Under the pieces are notes generated by a model. The model was given only the letters and a program-made list of their open reading frames with translations, was not told where the DNA came from and ran no database searches. The position numbers and the translations under genes are program-made. Shown one piece after another: positions 27,609 through 36,569 of a DNA stretch of 64,000 bases. The stretch comes from Bacteroidales bacterium (GTDB lineage: Bacteria; Bacteroidota; Bacteroidia; Bacteroidales; UBA932). Within the stretch, counting starts at the first letter, position 1. Each line of letters starts with the position of its first letter. The stretch is taken from NCBI GenBank assembly GCA_017479265.1, contig JAFVCK010000058.1, forward strand, positions 9,473 through 73,472, in the 5' to 3' direction.

Positions 27609-29278
27609 TATGCCGTTGCAGCCTCAAGTTTCTTCATGAGGGCGAACATGACAGCACCCGCTATCACGCACAGGGCCATGAGAATAGCCCAGTTGGCCCA
27701 CAGGGGAACTGCGTTCCAGAGGAGGCCGGGAATGGAGCTGAGGTAGTTGCCCACGGCGGTGGCCGCGAACCACAGACCCATCATCAGACCCTTGAGCTTG
27801 GGAGGAGCCACCTTGGAGACGAAGGAGATGCCCATAGGGGAGAGCAGCAGCTCGGCGAAGGTGAGCACCAGATAGGGGCCTATGAGGTACTGGGGGATGA
27901 CGGGGTCAGGGGACACCGTACCCTGGAGCTCGGCGGGAGAGGCCTGTCCGAGGGAGGCGAAAATCATTATCAGATAGCCTATTGCGGCAACGAACATTCC
28001 AAGACCTATCTTCCTCGGGGCTGAAGGCTCCTTGCCTTTGGAGGCCAGGGCCGCGAAAATGGCCATGCTGATGGGGGTGAGGGCCACTACGAAGAAGGGA
28101 TTGAACTGCTGGAACAGCTGGGGGAATATGTCAAGGGGATTGGCAAGGCCGTTGTAAATGGCTATTGCTCCGCCCCAAAGCGCCAGCGTAACTGCTCCGG
28201 AGATGATTCTGCCCTTCTTGCTTTCGGACTGGAAGGTGGCGAAGAGGGTATATACGGAGACTGCCAGCAGGGCGAGGGCCCATATATTGAAACCAATTCT
28301 GACCCAGCCTGTTGCGGTGGCGGTGGTGTAGTCGCGGGCGAACCAGGTGAGAGACTGTCCGTTCTGGTGGAAGGCCATCCAGAAGAATATCACGACGGCG
28401 AACACGAGGCTCAGGGCGACGACCCTTTCCTTGGTCTGCTTGGGGGTGAGCTCGACATAGTTCTCGCTCTTGGCGGCGGCCTGCTTGGCGTTGACATCGG
28501 CGTGCTTGAACCAGCTGCGGAATCCGAAGTAAATCGCAACGGAGGCAATCAGGGACACGCATGCAACCGCAAATCCCATGTTGTAGGAAGAGGAGAGGTT
28601 GTCGATATAGAACCGGGAGAATGTGCCCAGGTCCATGGAAGCTGCTTCGGCTCCCGGCATCTGGGAGGCCAGGGAAGCGAGCTTGTCGGTGTTTTCGGGG
28701 GTAATGGTGCCGCCGAGGTACTGGTGCGCCAGGGCGGGGATGTCGGCCTTGTAGATAAGTCCTGCCTTGCCGAGGAAACGGTTGGTGATGGCGGTGGCTG
28801 CCGAAGGGGCGAACATGGCGCCTATGTTGATGGCCATGTAGAAGAGGCTGAAGCCCGAATCCCTCTTTTCAGCGTACCTGGGGTCGTCGTAGAGGTTGCC
28901 CACCATGACCTGCAGGTTGCCCTTGAAAAGGCCGGTTCCGATTGCAATCAGGGTCAGGGCCCCTATCATGAGGGCTATGCCGAGGCCGTTCGCCGCGGTA
29001 GGGATGGAAAGGCAGAGATAGCCTATGAACATCACGCTGATACCGGTGACGACGCACTTGCCGAAGCCAATCTTGTCAGCGAGCCAGCCGCCGACGACGG
29101 GCATGAAATAGACGGCTGCAAGGAAAATGGAATAAATCTGGCTGGCGACCGCTCCGTCGAAGCCGAACTTGGCCTGGAGGAAGAGCATGAAGATTGCCAG
29201 CATCGTGTAGTAGCCGAAACGCTCGCCTGTGTTGGCAAGGGCTAGGGCGTAGAGTCCTTTGGGCTGGTTTTTGAACAT
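27608..29278 (-). CDS. POT/PTR proton-dependent oligopeptide transporter
   Basis: NTGERFGYY, GTGLFKGN, FYMAINIGA, ELLLSPMG. Confidence 0.93.
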   Translation of the reverse strand: MFKNQPKGLYALALANTGERFGYYTMLAIFMLFLQAKFGFDGAVASQIYSIFLAAVYFMPVVGGWLADKIGFGKCVVTGISVMFIGYLCLSIPTAANGLGIALMIGALTLIAIGTGLFKGNLQVMVGNLYDDPRYAEKRDSGFSLFYMAINIGAMFAPSAATAITNRFLGKAGLIYKADIPALAHQYLGGTITPENTDKLASLASQMPGAEAASMDLGTFSRFYIDNLSSSYNMGFAVACVSLIASVAIYFGFRSWFKHADVNAKQAAAKSENYVELTPKQTKERVVALSLVFAVVIFFWMAFHQNGQSLTWFARDYTTATATGWVRIGFNIWALALLAVSVYTLFATFQSESKKGRIISGAVTLALWGGAIAIYNGLANPLDIFPQLFQQFNPFFVVALTPISMAIFAALASKGKEPSAPRKIGLGMFVAAIGYLIMIFASLGQASPAELQGTVSPDPVIPQYLIGPYLVLTFAELLLSPMGISFVSKVAPPKLKGLMMGLWFAATAVGNYLSSIPGLLWNAVPLWANWAILMALCVIAGAVMFALMKKLEAATA

Positions 29279-29384
29279 AGTTATATCGTTTTGTTTTGTT
29301 TCCTGTCTTACAAAGATACTAATTATTTTTTATATACGGTGTTTTTTGCTTTTGATGCATTTTTTCCTTACATTTGTTTCTGAT

Positions 29385-30290
29385 ATGAGCGATTTCGGAT
29401 ACAAGATAGGTTCTTCTGTGCTCAGGGCTTTCCAGAGGCTGCCCCTGGGCTTCCATTATCGGGTGGGCAGGTTCCTTTCGTGGATGCTGGGCGACGTGCT
29501 GAGATACCGCAGGGATGTCATCATGGTCAACCTGGCCCGTTCCTTCCCCGACAAGAAATATCATGAACTCGAGCAGATTTGCAAGGACAGCTACAAGAGC
29601 ATGGGCGAGATTTTCGCCGAGGCCATGTTTTTCGGCGGCTGCCGCAACCGTCCCGGCAAGCTGCATGATTCCCACCTTGCCGAGATAGTGGACACGGACG
29701 GCCTTTTCGACCGCCTGAAGGAGCGCAGCGTCATGGTGCTCAACACCCATTACGGCAACTGGGAGCTCACCGGAGGCTGTTTCGAGTTCTTCTACAAGCC
29801 GCCCTATATGGCGGACAACATGAGCTACGACGATGTCTGCATAGTATATAAGGAATTCACCAGCAAGTTCTGGGACAGGTTCATAGGGGAGAACAGGTGC
29901 GCCATAAAGCCCGATTTCAAGGGCTATATCGAGTCCCGCACCGTGCTGCGTTATGCCATAGAGCACAAGAACGAGCGCAAGTTCTATATCTTCCCCACGG
30001 ACCAGTATCCTTACGGGTCCGCCTCCTGCGACATTCCCTCCTTCATGCACCAGCCTACCAAGGTGATGACGGGAGGCATAGCCCTGGCGCACAAGTTCGG
30101 CATGGCCGTGTATTTCATGTGCATAGACCGAAAGCGCAGGGGCCGTTATGAGATTTCTTTCAGGAGCATCTGCCCCGACGCTTCCCGGATGGAGGTGTCG
30201 GATATAATAGCCGAATATTACAGGAGGCTGGAGGTGGCCATAGAGTCGCAGCCGGCCAATTACCTTTGGAGCCATAAGAGATGGAAATAA
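29385..30290 (+). CDS. Lipid A late acyltransferase (LpxL/HtrB family)
   Basis: NLARSFP, HYGNWE, DQ, YLWSHKRWK; ATG at 29385 follows TACATTTG. Confidence 0.88.
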   Translation: MSDFGYKIGSSVLRAFQRLPLGFHYRVGRFLSWMLGDVLRYRRDVIMVNLARSFPDKKYHELEQICKDSYKSMGEIFAEAMFFGGCRNRPGKLHDSHLAEIVDTDGLFDRLKERSVMVLNTHYGNWELTGGCFEFFYKPPYMADNMSYDDVCIVYKEFTSKFWDRFIGENRCAIKPDFKGYIESRTVLRYAIEHKNERKFYIFPTDQYPYGSASCDIPSFMHQPTKVMTGGIALAHKFGMAVYFMCIDRKRRGRYEISFRSICPDASRMEVSDIIAEYYRRLEVAIESQPANYLWSHKRWK

Positions 30291-31285
30291 GAAAGTTAGC
30301 ATTGCTGTCGTGCCTGCTTATCGGCGCGACGCTCCATGCCCAGGACGACAATGCCGGGGCCGTTTGTTATTCTCTTCCGAGGACAGTCGTACGCGTGGAG
30401 GCCGAGGCCGTCCGCGAGGTCTTCCATGCAGGGCCCTACGCCCGTTATTCATGGAAATATCTCGGCATGGAGGCAAGGGAACAGGACAGCAACACCTGCC
30501 GTCTGGAGTCCGTGCGTCTTGAGCCTCTGACGGAGGCCGACCCTGCCGCCCGCTATGCCTTGCCGCAGGTTAAGACCCTCCCTTCCGTGCTGGAACTCTC
30601 CGCGCAGGGCCTTGTGTCCCTTGGCGGCAATGCTCCCGGGAGCACCCGCTGGTCTTTCGAGAAGGGAGAGGACGGAGGTTTTGCCGCCGCAGGCCTGACT
30701 TCCAACCTTACCAGCGAATCGGCCACCCTCTACCGCAGGAATTCAGCGGGAGGACAGGCCGCAGTGCAGCAGCAGATGGTGGTGGAGAAGAGCCCCGAGG
30801 CCAAGGCCAAGGAGGCTGCCGACATCATATTCGACCTTCGCCGCAAGAAAATGCAGATAGTGACCGGTGATTCAGATGCCGTATTCAGCGGCGAGGCTCT
30901 CGGTGCCGCCATAGCGGAAATAGACCGCCTGGAGCAGGAATACCTCTCGCTCTTTATCGGTTACAGCGAGTTCATCCCTTCCAAGATGGTATTCGACGTG
31001 ATTCCCCGCAAGGATGCCAAGAACCAGCGCTACATAGCCTTCCGTCTTTCCGAGGACGAGGGCCTGGTGCCTTCTGACAATGTTTCCGGCAAGCCCTATA
31101 TCCTGGAACTTGTGCCCGAGAAGGTCGCGGCCGTCACCGATGCCAAGGCTTCCAAGGGCAACGTGATATACTACCGCATCCCTTCAATCTGTACGGTGAG
31201 GCTCTCTGACGGAGTCAATGTGCTGATTTCCAGCCGCATGCCCGTTTCACAGCTCGGAGCCACAAGTACCATCCCCGTAAAATAA
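30281..31285 (+). CDS. DUF4831-like exported protein
   Basis: YSLPRT, GPYARY..KYLG, EYLSLFIG, YYRIP, SQLG. Confidence 0.75.
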   Translation: MEIRKLALLSCLLIGATLHAQDDNAGAVCYSLPRTVVRVEAEAVREVFHAGPYARYSWKYLGMEAREQDSNTCRLESVRLEPLTEADPAARYALPQVKTLPSVLELSAQGLVSLGGNAPGSTRWSFEKGEDGGFAAAGLTSNLTSESATLYRRNSAGGQAAVQQQMVVEKSPEAKAKEAADIIFDLRRKKMQIVTGDSDAVFSGEALGAAIAEIDRLEQEYLSLFIGYSEFIPSKMVFDVIPRKDAKNQRYIAFRLSEDEGLVPSDNVSGKPYILELVPEKVAAVTDAKASKGNVIYYRIPSICTVRLSDGVNVLISSRMPVSQLGATSTIPVK

Positions 31286-31303
31286 CCATTAAACCTGATA
31301 ATT

Positions 31304-32767
31304 ATGTCTATCAAAGATTTGAACCCGACCATCGTTTGGAACAATTTCTACGGACTGACCAGGATTCCCCGTCCTTCGAAGCATGAGGCCAAGGTGCAGG
31401 ATTATCTGCTCCAGTGGGGCAAGGAGCACGGCGTGGAGGTTTTCCGCGATGATACCGGCAACATCATTTTCCGCAAGGGAGCTACTCCCGGTTACGAGAA
31501 CCGCCGCGGAGTGATTCTCCAGGGCCACATGGACATGGTTCCCCAGAAGACCGGGGACAGCAGCCACGATTTCCTCAAGGACCCTATCAATGCTTATGTA
31601 GATGGCGAATGGGTGACCGCCGACAGGACCACTCTCGGAGCCGACAACGGAATAGGCGTGGCCATGGGCCTTGCCGTTCTCGAGTCCAAGGACATCAATC
31701 ACGGTCCCGTCGAGGTGCTTGTCACTTACGACGAGGAGACAGGCATGACAGGTGCCGAAAGCCTCAAGCCCGGCGTTCTCAAGGGCGACATCCTCATCAA
31801 CCTCGACTCCGAGGAGGAGGGCGAGCTTTGCGTCGGTTGCGCAGGAGGTCTGGACGTGTCCGCGGATTTCTCCTACCGTGGCAGCGTCACTCCCGAGGGA
31901 TATGTCACTTACAAGCTGAATGTCAAGGGTTTGCAGGGCGGCCATTCCGGAATGGACATTTCCCTGTACCGTGCCAATGCCAACAAGGCTGTCTCCCGCA
32001 TACTCCTTCCGCTTTTGGAGAAGAGGGGAGTGAAGCTGGTTTCTTTCAACGGCGGTTCCCTCCGCAATGCCATTCCTTTCGAGGCCGAGGCCGTGGTGCT
32101 TCTGCCTTCCGCAGCCGTCAATGTGCGTGCCATCAAGGACCTTGTGGACGAGTCTTTCGCCGCAATCAAGGCCGAGTTCGGCCAGAGCGACCCTGACATG
32201 GTCATGTCTTTCGAGAAGGAAAGGAAGAATGCCGGCAGGTATATCAGTTCTCCTGCCGCCCTGCGTATAGTGCGTGCCCTGCTGGCCTGCCCTTCAGGCG
32301 TTATCCGCATGAGCCGCGCCATGCCGGGCCTTACCGAGACTTCCATCAACATGGCCATAGTCCGTACGACTCCCGGCCACGTTACCGTCCATTCCCTCAT
32401 GCGCAGCGCAGTGGATTCCGCCAAGGGTGCTCTTGCTGACAGGGTGAGGTGCGTGTTCGAGCTGGCCGGCGCCAAGGTGAGTTTCGCAGGCGGTTACAGC
32501 GGCTGGACCCCCAAGCTCGATACTCCTATGAACAATGTCATGATGGCATGCTTCAAGAAGGTTTACGGCCGTGACATGAAGATCATGGCTACTCACGGAG
32601 GTCTGGAGTGCGCCATCATGGGTGCCAAGTATCCTGCCTGGGAGATGGTGTCCATAGGACCTACCATCAAGTATCCCCATTCTCCCGACGAGAGGGTGAA
32701 CATCGCTTCCGTGGGCCGCACCTGGGAGTATCTCAAGGCTGTCCTCGAGGCCGTTCCCGAGAAGTAG
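31304..32767 (+). CDS. pepD: Aminoacyl-histidine dipeptidase (M20)
   Basis: IPRPSKHE, LQGHMDMV, TTLGADNGIG, DEETGM, INLDSE, GGHSG, HGGLEC, HSPDE. Confidence 0.95.
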   Translation: MSIKDLNPTIVWNNFYGLTRIPRPSKHEAKVQDYLLQWGKEHGVEVFRDDTGNIIFRKGATPGYENRRGVILQGHMDMVPQKTGDSSHDFLKDPINAYVDGEWVTADRTTLGADNGIGVAMGLAVLESKDINHGPVEVLVTYDEETGMTGAESLKPGVLKGDILINLDSEEEGELCVGCAGGLDVSADFSYRGSVTPEGYVTYKLNVKGLQGGHSGMDISLYRANANKAVSRILLPLLEKRGVKLVSFNGGSLRNAIPFEAEAVVLLPSAAVNVRAIKDLVDESFAAIKAEFGQSDPDMVMSFEKERKNAGRYISSPAALRIVRALLACPSGVIRMSRAMPGLTETSINMAIVRTTPGHVTVHSLMRSAVDSAKGALADRVRCVFELAGAKVSFAGGYSGWTPKLDTPMNNVMMACFKKVYGRDMKIMATHGGLECAIMGAKYPAWEMVSIGPTIKYPHSPDERVNIASVGRTWEYLKAVLEAVPEK

Positions 32768-32782
32768 GTGTGTGACAATAGC

Positions 32783-32812
32783 AGAAAAGGTGGCCTTGCG
32801 GTCACCTTTTCT
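32783..32812. terminator. Bidirectional terminator between pepD and rplI
   Basis: agaaaaggtggcc-ttgc-ggtcaccttttct. Confidence 0.75.
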
Positions 32813-32834
32813 TTTGCATTTTTGTGCGTTGGCC

Positions 32835-33278
32835 TTACTCGGCGACGACCTCGAACTTGAGAGCGCCCTTGACGGCCTTGTAGCACTTCACCTCTGCATC
32901 GTAGATGCCAAGTTCCTTGACATCGGAGAGGATGGTGATATCCTTCTTGTCAACCTCGATACCTGCTGCGACGAGAGCGTCTGCGAGCTGGGCGGTGGTG
33001 ACAGAACCGTAGATCTTTCCGCTTTCGCTGACCTTGACGGCGACCTTTACGAGAACGCCGGAGATCTTCTGTGCGAGAGCCTCTGCATCAGCGACTTTCT
33101 TGGCCTCTTTGTGAGCGCGCTGACGAATGGTCTCGGCGTGCTGCTTGAGTGCGGAGGCAGTGGCGAGGGTTGCATAACCCTGGGGAATGAGATAATTGAG
33201 TGCGTATCCGGCTTTTACCTTTACGACATCATCTGCATGGCCGAGGTTGGCCACATCTTTCTTAAGAATGATTTCCAT
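32835..33278 (-). CDS. rplI: 50S ribosomal protein L9
   Basis: MEIILKKDVANLG, VKAGYALNYLIPQG, GKIYGSVT. Confidence 0.97.
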   Translation of the reverse strand: MEIILKKDVANLGHADDVVKVKAGYALNYLIPQGYATLATASALKQHAETIRQRAHKEAKKVADAEALAQKISGVLVKVAVKVSESGKIYGSVTTAQLADALVAAGIEVDKKDITILSDVKELGIYDAEVKCYKAVKGALKFEVVAE

Positions 33279-33292
33279 ACTGCTGTCTCCTA

Positions 33293-33574
33293 TTATTTCA
33301 GAAGGTCGGTTACGTAAGGGAGAAGTGCCAGGGAGCGTGCCCTCTTGATGGCCTGGGCGACTTTCCTCTGGAATTTGAGGGATGTTCCGGTGATGCGGCG
33401 GGGGAGAATCTTGCCCTGCTCGTTGAGGAACTTCTTGAGGAACTCGGGATCCTTGTAATCAACGTACTTGATACCTGCCTTCTTGAAGCGGCAGTATTTC
33501 TTCTTCCTGACCTCTACTGTAGGAGGGTTGAGATAGCGGATAGAGCCATTGTTCTGTGCATTGTTCTGTGCCAT
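33293..33574 (-). CDS. rpsR: 30S ribosomal protein S18
   Basis: [29 protein letters not shown]. Confidence 0.98.
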   Translation of the reverse strand: MAQNNAQNNGSIRYLNPPTVEVRKKKYCRFKKAGIKYVDYKDPEFLKKFLNEQGKILPRRITGTSLKFQRKVAQAIKRARSLALLPYVTDLLK

Positions 33575-33586
33575 AGTCTTTCCTCC

Positions 33587-33964
33587 TTATTCGTTTACGG
33601 TTTCCTGTGCGGGATCGGCTGCTGCCTGAGCTTTGGCGGCCTTGTTGGCCCTGCGCTTCTCGGCGTAAGCGACTGCGTCCTTGTCGAGGGATACTGTGAG
33701 GTAGCGGATGATGCGCTCGTCACGGCGATACTGGGTTTCGAGAGTTGCTACGAACTCAGGGGTGGCCTTGAATTCTATGAGATAATAGAATCCGGTGGTC
33801 TTGTGCTGGATGGGATAAGCGAGCTGACGCAGGCCCCAATCCTCTTCGTACACAACCTCACCATTTTCCTTGATGAAGTTGACGTACTTGGCAACCGCTT
33901 CCTTCATCTGAGCTTCAGACAAAACGGGAGTTGCAATGAAAACGGTTTCGTACTGTTTGACCAT
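33587..33964 (-). CDS. rpsF: 30S ribosomal protein S6
   Basis: [27 protein letters not shown]. Confidence 0.98.
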   Translation of the reverse strand: MVKQYETVFIATPVLSEAQMKEAVAKYVNFIKENGEVVYEEDWGLRQLAYPIQHKTTGFYYLIEFKATPEFVATLETQYRRDERIIRYLTVSLDKDAVAYAEKRRANKAAKAQAAADPAQETVNE

Positions 33965-33997
33965 TGTACTTAAATGTTTGTTAATAAATTATTTACT

Positions 33998-34038
33998 GTC
34001 CTATGCGTCGATTTCCGCGCAAAAGGACTGCAAATATA
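33998..34038 (-). promoter_or_regulatory. rpsF operon -7 promoter (TATATTTG) and 5' leader hairpin
   Basis: caaatata at 34031-34038, followed on the minus strand by a GTCCT..TGCG/CGCA.AGGAC stem. Confidence 0.55.
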
Positions 34039-34075
34039 GCAATTTTCCTGATTCTTTCCAAGATTTTTTTTAAAT

Positions 34076-34216
34076 TCACTTAACCGAGGCGGTGGGGAGT
34101 TCGTCCCAGCGGGTGGTGTATCGGGGCGATTTGTGCTCCTGCCTCATGTGGAAGGCCCCGTCGCCGAGAAGCATGGATTCGAAGCTCTCGGAATCGGGTA
34201 TGGGGTATGGTTGCAT
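34076..34216 (-). CDS. 46-aa stand-alone DUF4113 (UmuC C-terminal tail-like) small protein
   Basis: Manual translation MQPYPIPDSESFESMLLGDGAFHMRQEHKSPRYTTRWDELPTASVK*; ATG 2 nt after the upstream stop; below the ORF-track cutoff. Confidence 0.75.
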   Translation of the reverse strand: MQPYPIPDSESFESMLLGDGAFHMRQEHKSPRYTTRWDELPTASVK

Positions 34217-34218
34217 GG

Positions 34219-35781
34219 TTATTCATATACAAGTTCAAGTTCGTCCACAAGAAGGACAGAGCCGACCCCGCCTGTGAAGTAATCGCCATAACGTGATGCT
34301 GCACAGGCGATTTCTATATATGTAGGCTTGCGGTCGTCCCTGTATTCGAGGGGGATTTCGAACTGCTGCCACTCCGAGTCCGTCTTGTCCGAAAACAGTG
34401 AAGCCGAAGCGATTATGCTCTTGTCGTTGTCTTCGAGGAACTTCTTGGCGGAAGTGTTGACGGAGAACTGTGAGGTCCAGTCCGTCAGCCATATCCTGAT
34501 GGAGCAGTTGTCGGACTTGCCAAGCATGTCTGTGTGAGGGTCCTTCGCCTTGTCCACGGCCTTGGGCTTGTACTTGTACCAGCCCTTGAGCGCGACGGGA
34601 CGCGAGGAGAAAGGCGTACCCCAGCTCAGTTCTGCACCCAGTCCGGCGACCTTCACGAAGTTGCCTATGTAGATATTGCCTGCGGCAAACTGGCCGAAAG
34701 CGGTGGTGCTCTCCATCCTGACAGCCTTTCCCTTCATTACATCGTTCTCCTCGGGGGTAGTAGGCACCACTCCGAGGGAAGCCGTGCCCTTGTTGGCGGA
34801 ATCCCAGATATGGGGATTGTCCCCGCTCCATGCGTACCAGCCGTTGCCATCCTTGGTCCAGTCGTCGAAGGATGAATTGTACAGCTGGGCATCCTCCTCG
34901 GTGGTGAAGGAAAATGGCTCGGAGGTATAGTCATCCACGCAGATTCTCACCATGTAGTCCGTACCGGCTTGCAGACCCGTTATGTCCGCGCTGATACCTA
35001 CTCCTGTGACGGTGATATCGGGAACTGCCGTCCATTCCTGACCCTCAGCCTTGCAATACTGCAAAGAAGGGGTCCCGGAGCCTCCGAAGGTGGCGCGCAC
35101 CCTGGCGTGGTAGCAGCGGGGGTCCACTGAAACAATCTCCGCCAGGCTCTCGGTCTGGAGGGCCTTGAAATTCCACAGGATGCTCTCGCCGTTGTACATT
35201 ACCGTAAAGGTGCGCTCCAGCAGGCAGTCCAGGGTCATGGGGAAGAGGCAGGGCTCGCTGATGACATCAACCCCGTCACCATTGGTGACATATCCCGTGG
35301 TCGATTTAATCAACGAACCGTCAGGCTCCAGCTTCATGTCGTTAATCTTGAGCGATATAAGAGGCTGGGATTCAGTTACATACACGAGGACTGTCTTGGT
35401 GCCGAGATTGAACTTGGCATCTCCCACCTGGTTCTCGCAATGCACGTAGCGTACGATTTCCTGGCTTGCGGAAATGACCCATTCGTAATCCTGCCATGTG
35501 CGGACCGTAACCTTGATGGGGGAGCTGAGGTCAATGACATCCGGAAGGTCCACGCTTGCGCCCTCCGAAAGGGTGTAGCTGACCTTGAGAGCATTTATGT
35601 CGGCATTCTCCCCGAGCTCTATTTCTATGGTCCTGTCTGCGGGAGAAATCTGCACGCTCTTCTGGCCTTCGACGCTGAAGGAGAGAAAGCTGCCTTCCAC
35701 TACGGGGTAGTCCAAATCGTTCTTGAACTTGCAAGAGAGAGTTGCAAGAAGCAATGTAAGCAGTATCAGGTATTTCCTCAT
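34219..35781 (-). CDS. PCMD-domain lipoprotein with Ig/Fn3-like repeats
   Basis: Lipobox TLSC; LYNSSFDDW, WDSAN.G, FAAGNIY, G.PFSSRP.ALKGWYKY, GDYFTGGVGSVLLVDE; ATGA coupling at 35781. Confidence 0.85.
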   Translation of the reverse strand: MRKYLILLTLLLATLSCKFKNDLDYPVVEGSFLSFSVEGQKSVQISPADRTIEIELGENADINALKVSYTLSEGASVDLPDVIDLSSPIKVTVRTWQDYEWVISASQEIVRYVHCENQVGDAKFNLGTKTVLVYVTESQPLISLKINDMKLEPDGSLIKSTTGYVTNGDGVDVISEPCLFPMTLDCLLERTFTVMYNGESILWNFKALQTESLAEIVSVDPRCYHARVRATFGGSGTPSLQYCKAEGQEWTAVPDITVTGVGISADITGLQAGTDYMVRICVDDYTSEPFSFTTEEDAQLYNSSFDDWTKDGNGWYAWSGDNPHIWDSANKGTASLGVVPTTPEENDVMKGKAVRMESTTAFGQFAAGNIYIGNFVKVAGLGAELSWGTPFSSRPVALKGWYKYKPKAVDKAKDPHTDMLGKSDNCSIRIWLTDWTSQFSVNTSAKKFLEDNDKSIIASASLFSDKTDSEWQQFEIPLEYRDDRKPTYIEIACAASRYGDYFTGGVGSVLLVDELELVYE

Positions 35782-36569
35782 GGTCTGTGCCATTTGTCAA
35801 GAATGTAGAAATTGACTCCGAATCCTATGGACAGCAGATTGATGTTGAAGTTCGCTCCCGTGCTGCCTGCGGTGCTGGTGCGTACCTGGTCCTCCACCTG
35901 GTTTACCTTCTGCCAGGAAACACCCATGATGCCTATCTGTACGTCGAAAGAGACGTTGTTCATCACGAACACGCAGATGCCGGGGACGAGTCCCAGACCG
36001 GCCTTGTAGATGTCCTGGTAGGTGCCGTGCTTGAGACCGTCCTCCATGCGCCAGTTCATGCTCTGGGCGTAGGTGCCGCTGAGCCTGGCCTCCACGAAGA
36101 GGGCGAAACGGCGGCTGTGCTCTATGGGCATGTAGTAGCGTACGGTAAAGGCTCCGCTATAGGACTGCCTCTTGTACCCTATGTCGTTGATGTCCAGACC
36201 AAGGTCGTCGTTGAGCGAAAGGCTGAGGCTGCCGAGGTCCAGGTTCATCCTGTCGTAGTCGAAACGGAGTCCAAGGGAGGTATTGTCTGATACGAAATAG
36301 GATATGGCGGGGGCTACGCCGAAACTGTTGAAGCGTCCGCTCAGATCCTTCAGCAAAGGGGCCAGTACGGTGAATCCGTTCTCTCCGTTTCCCGCAGTGT
36401 AGGAGTTGAAGGTGATGGTTGCTCCTCCGCAGAATGTCCCTTTAGGGATGAACAGGGAGTTCGGGCCGTCTATGCCCCTGTCAAATGGAGTCCGTTCCCG
36501 CACACCCGCAGCTCGGGCCGCCAGAGGCAGCCCGAGACAAAGCAGAAGTGCTATGGAAAAATGTTTCAT
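35778..36569 (-). CDS. Outer-membrane beta-barrel protein
   Basis: Signal peptide, alternating amphipathic strands, terminal strand LSIGFGVNFY. Confidence 0.75.
   Translation of the reverse strand: MKHFSIALLLCLGLPLAARAAGVRERTPFDRGIDGPNSLFIPKGTFCGGATITFNSYTAGNGENGFTVLAPLLKDLSGRFNSFGVAPAISYFVSDNTSLGLRFDYDRMNLDLGSLSLSLNDDLGLDINDIGYKRQSYSGAFTVRYYMPIEHSRRFALFVEARLSGTYAQSMNWRMEDGLKHGTYQDIYKAGLGLVPGICVFVMNNVSFDVQIGIMGVSWQKVNQVEDQVRTSTAGSTGANFNINLLSIGFGVNFYILDKWHRP

Noticed and set aside
34080-34304. Track ORFs 34080-34304 (-) and 34092-34277 (+)
   Set aside because: They overlap the PCMD gene and lack motifs; the 34076-34216 frame explains the region better
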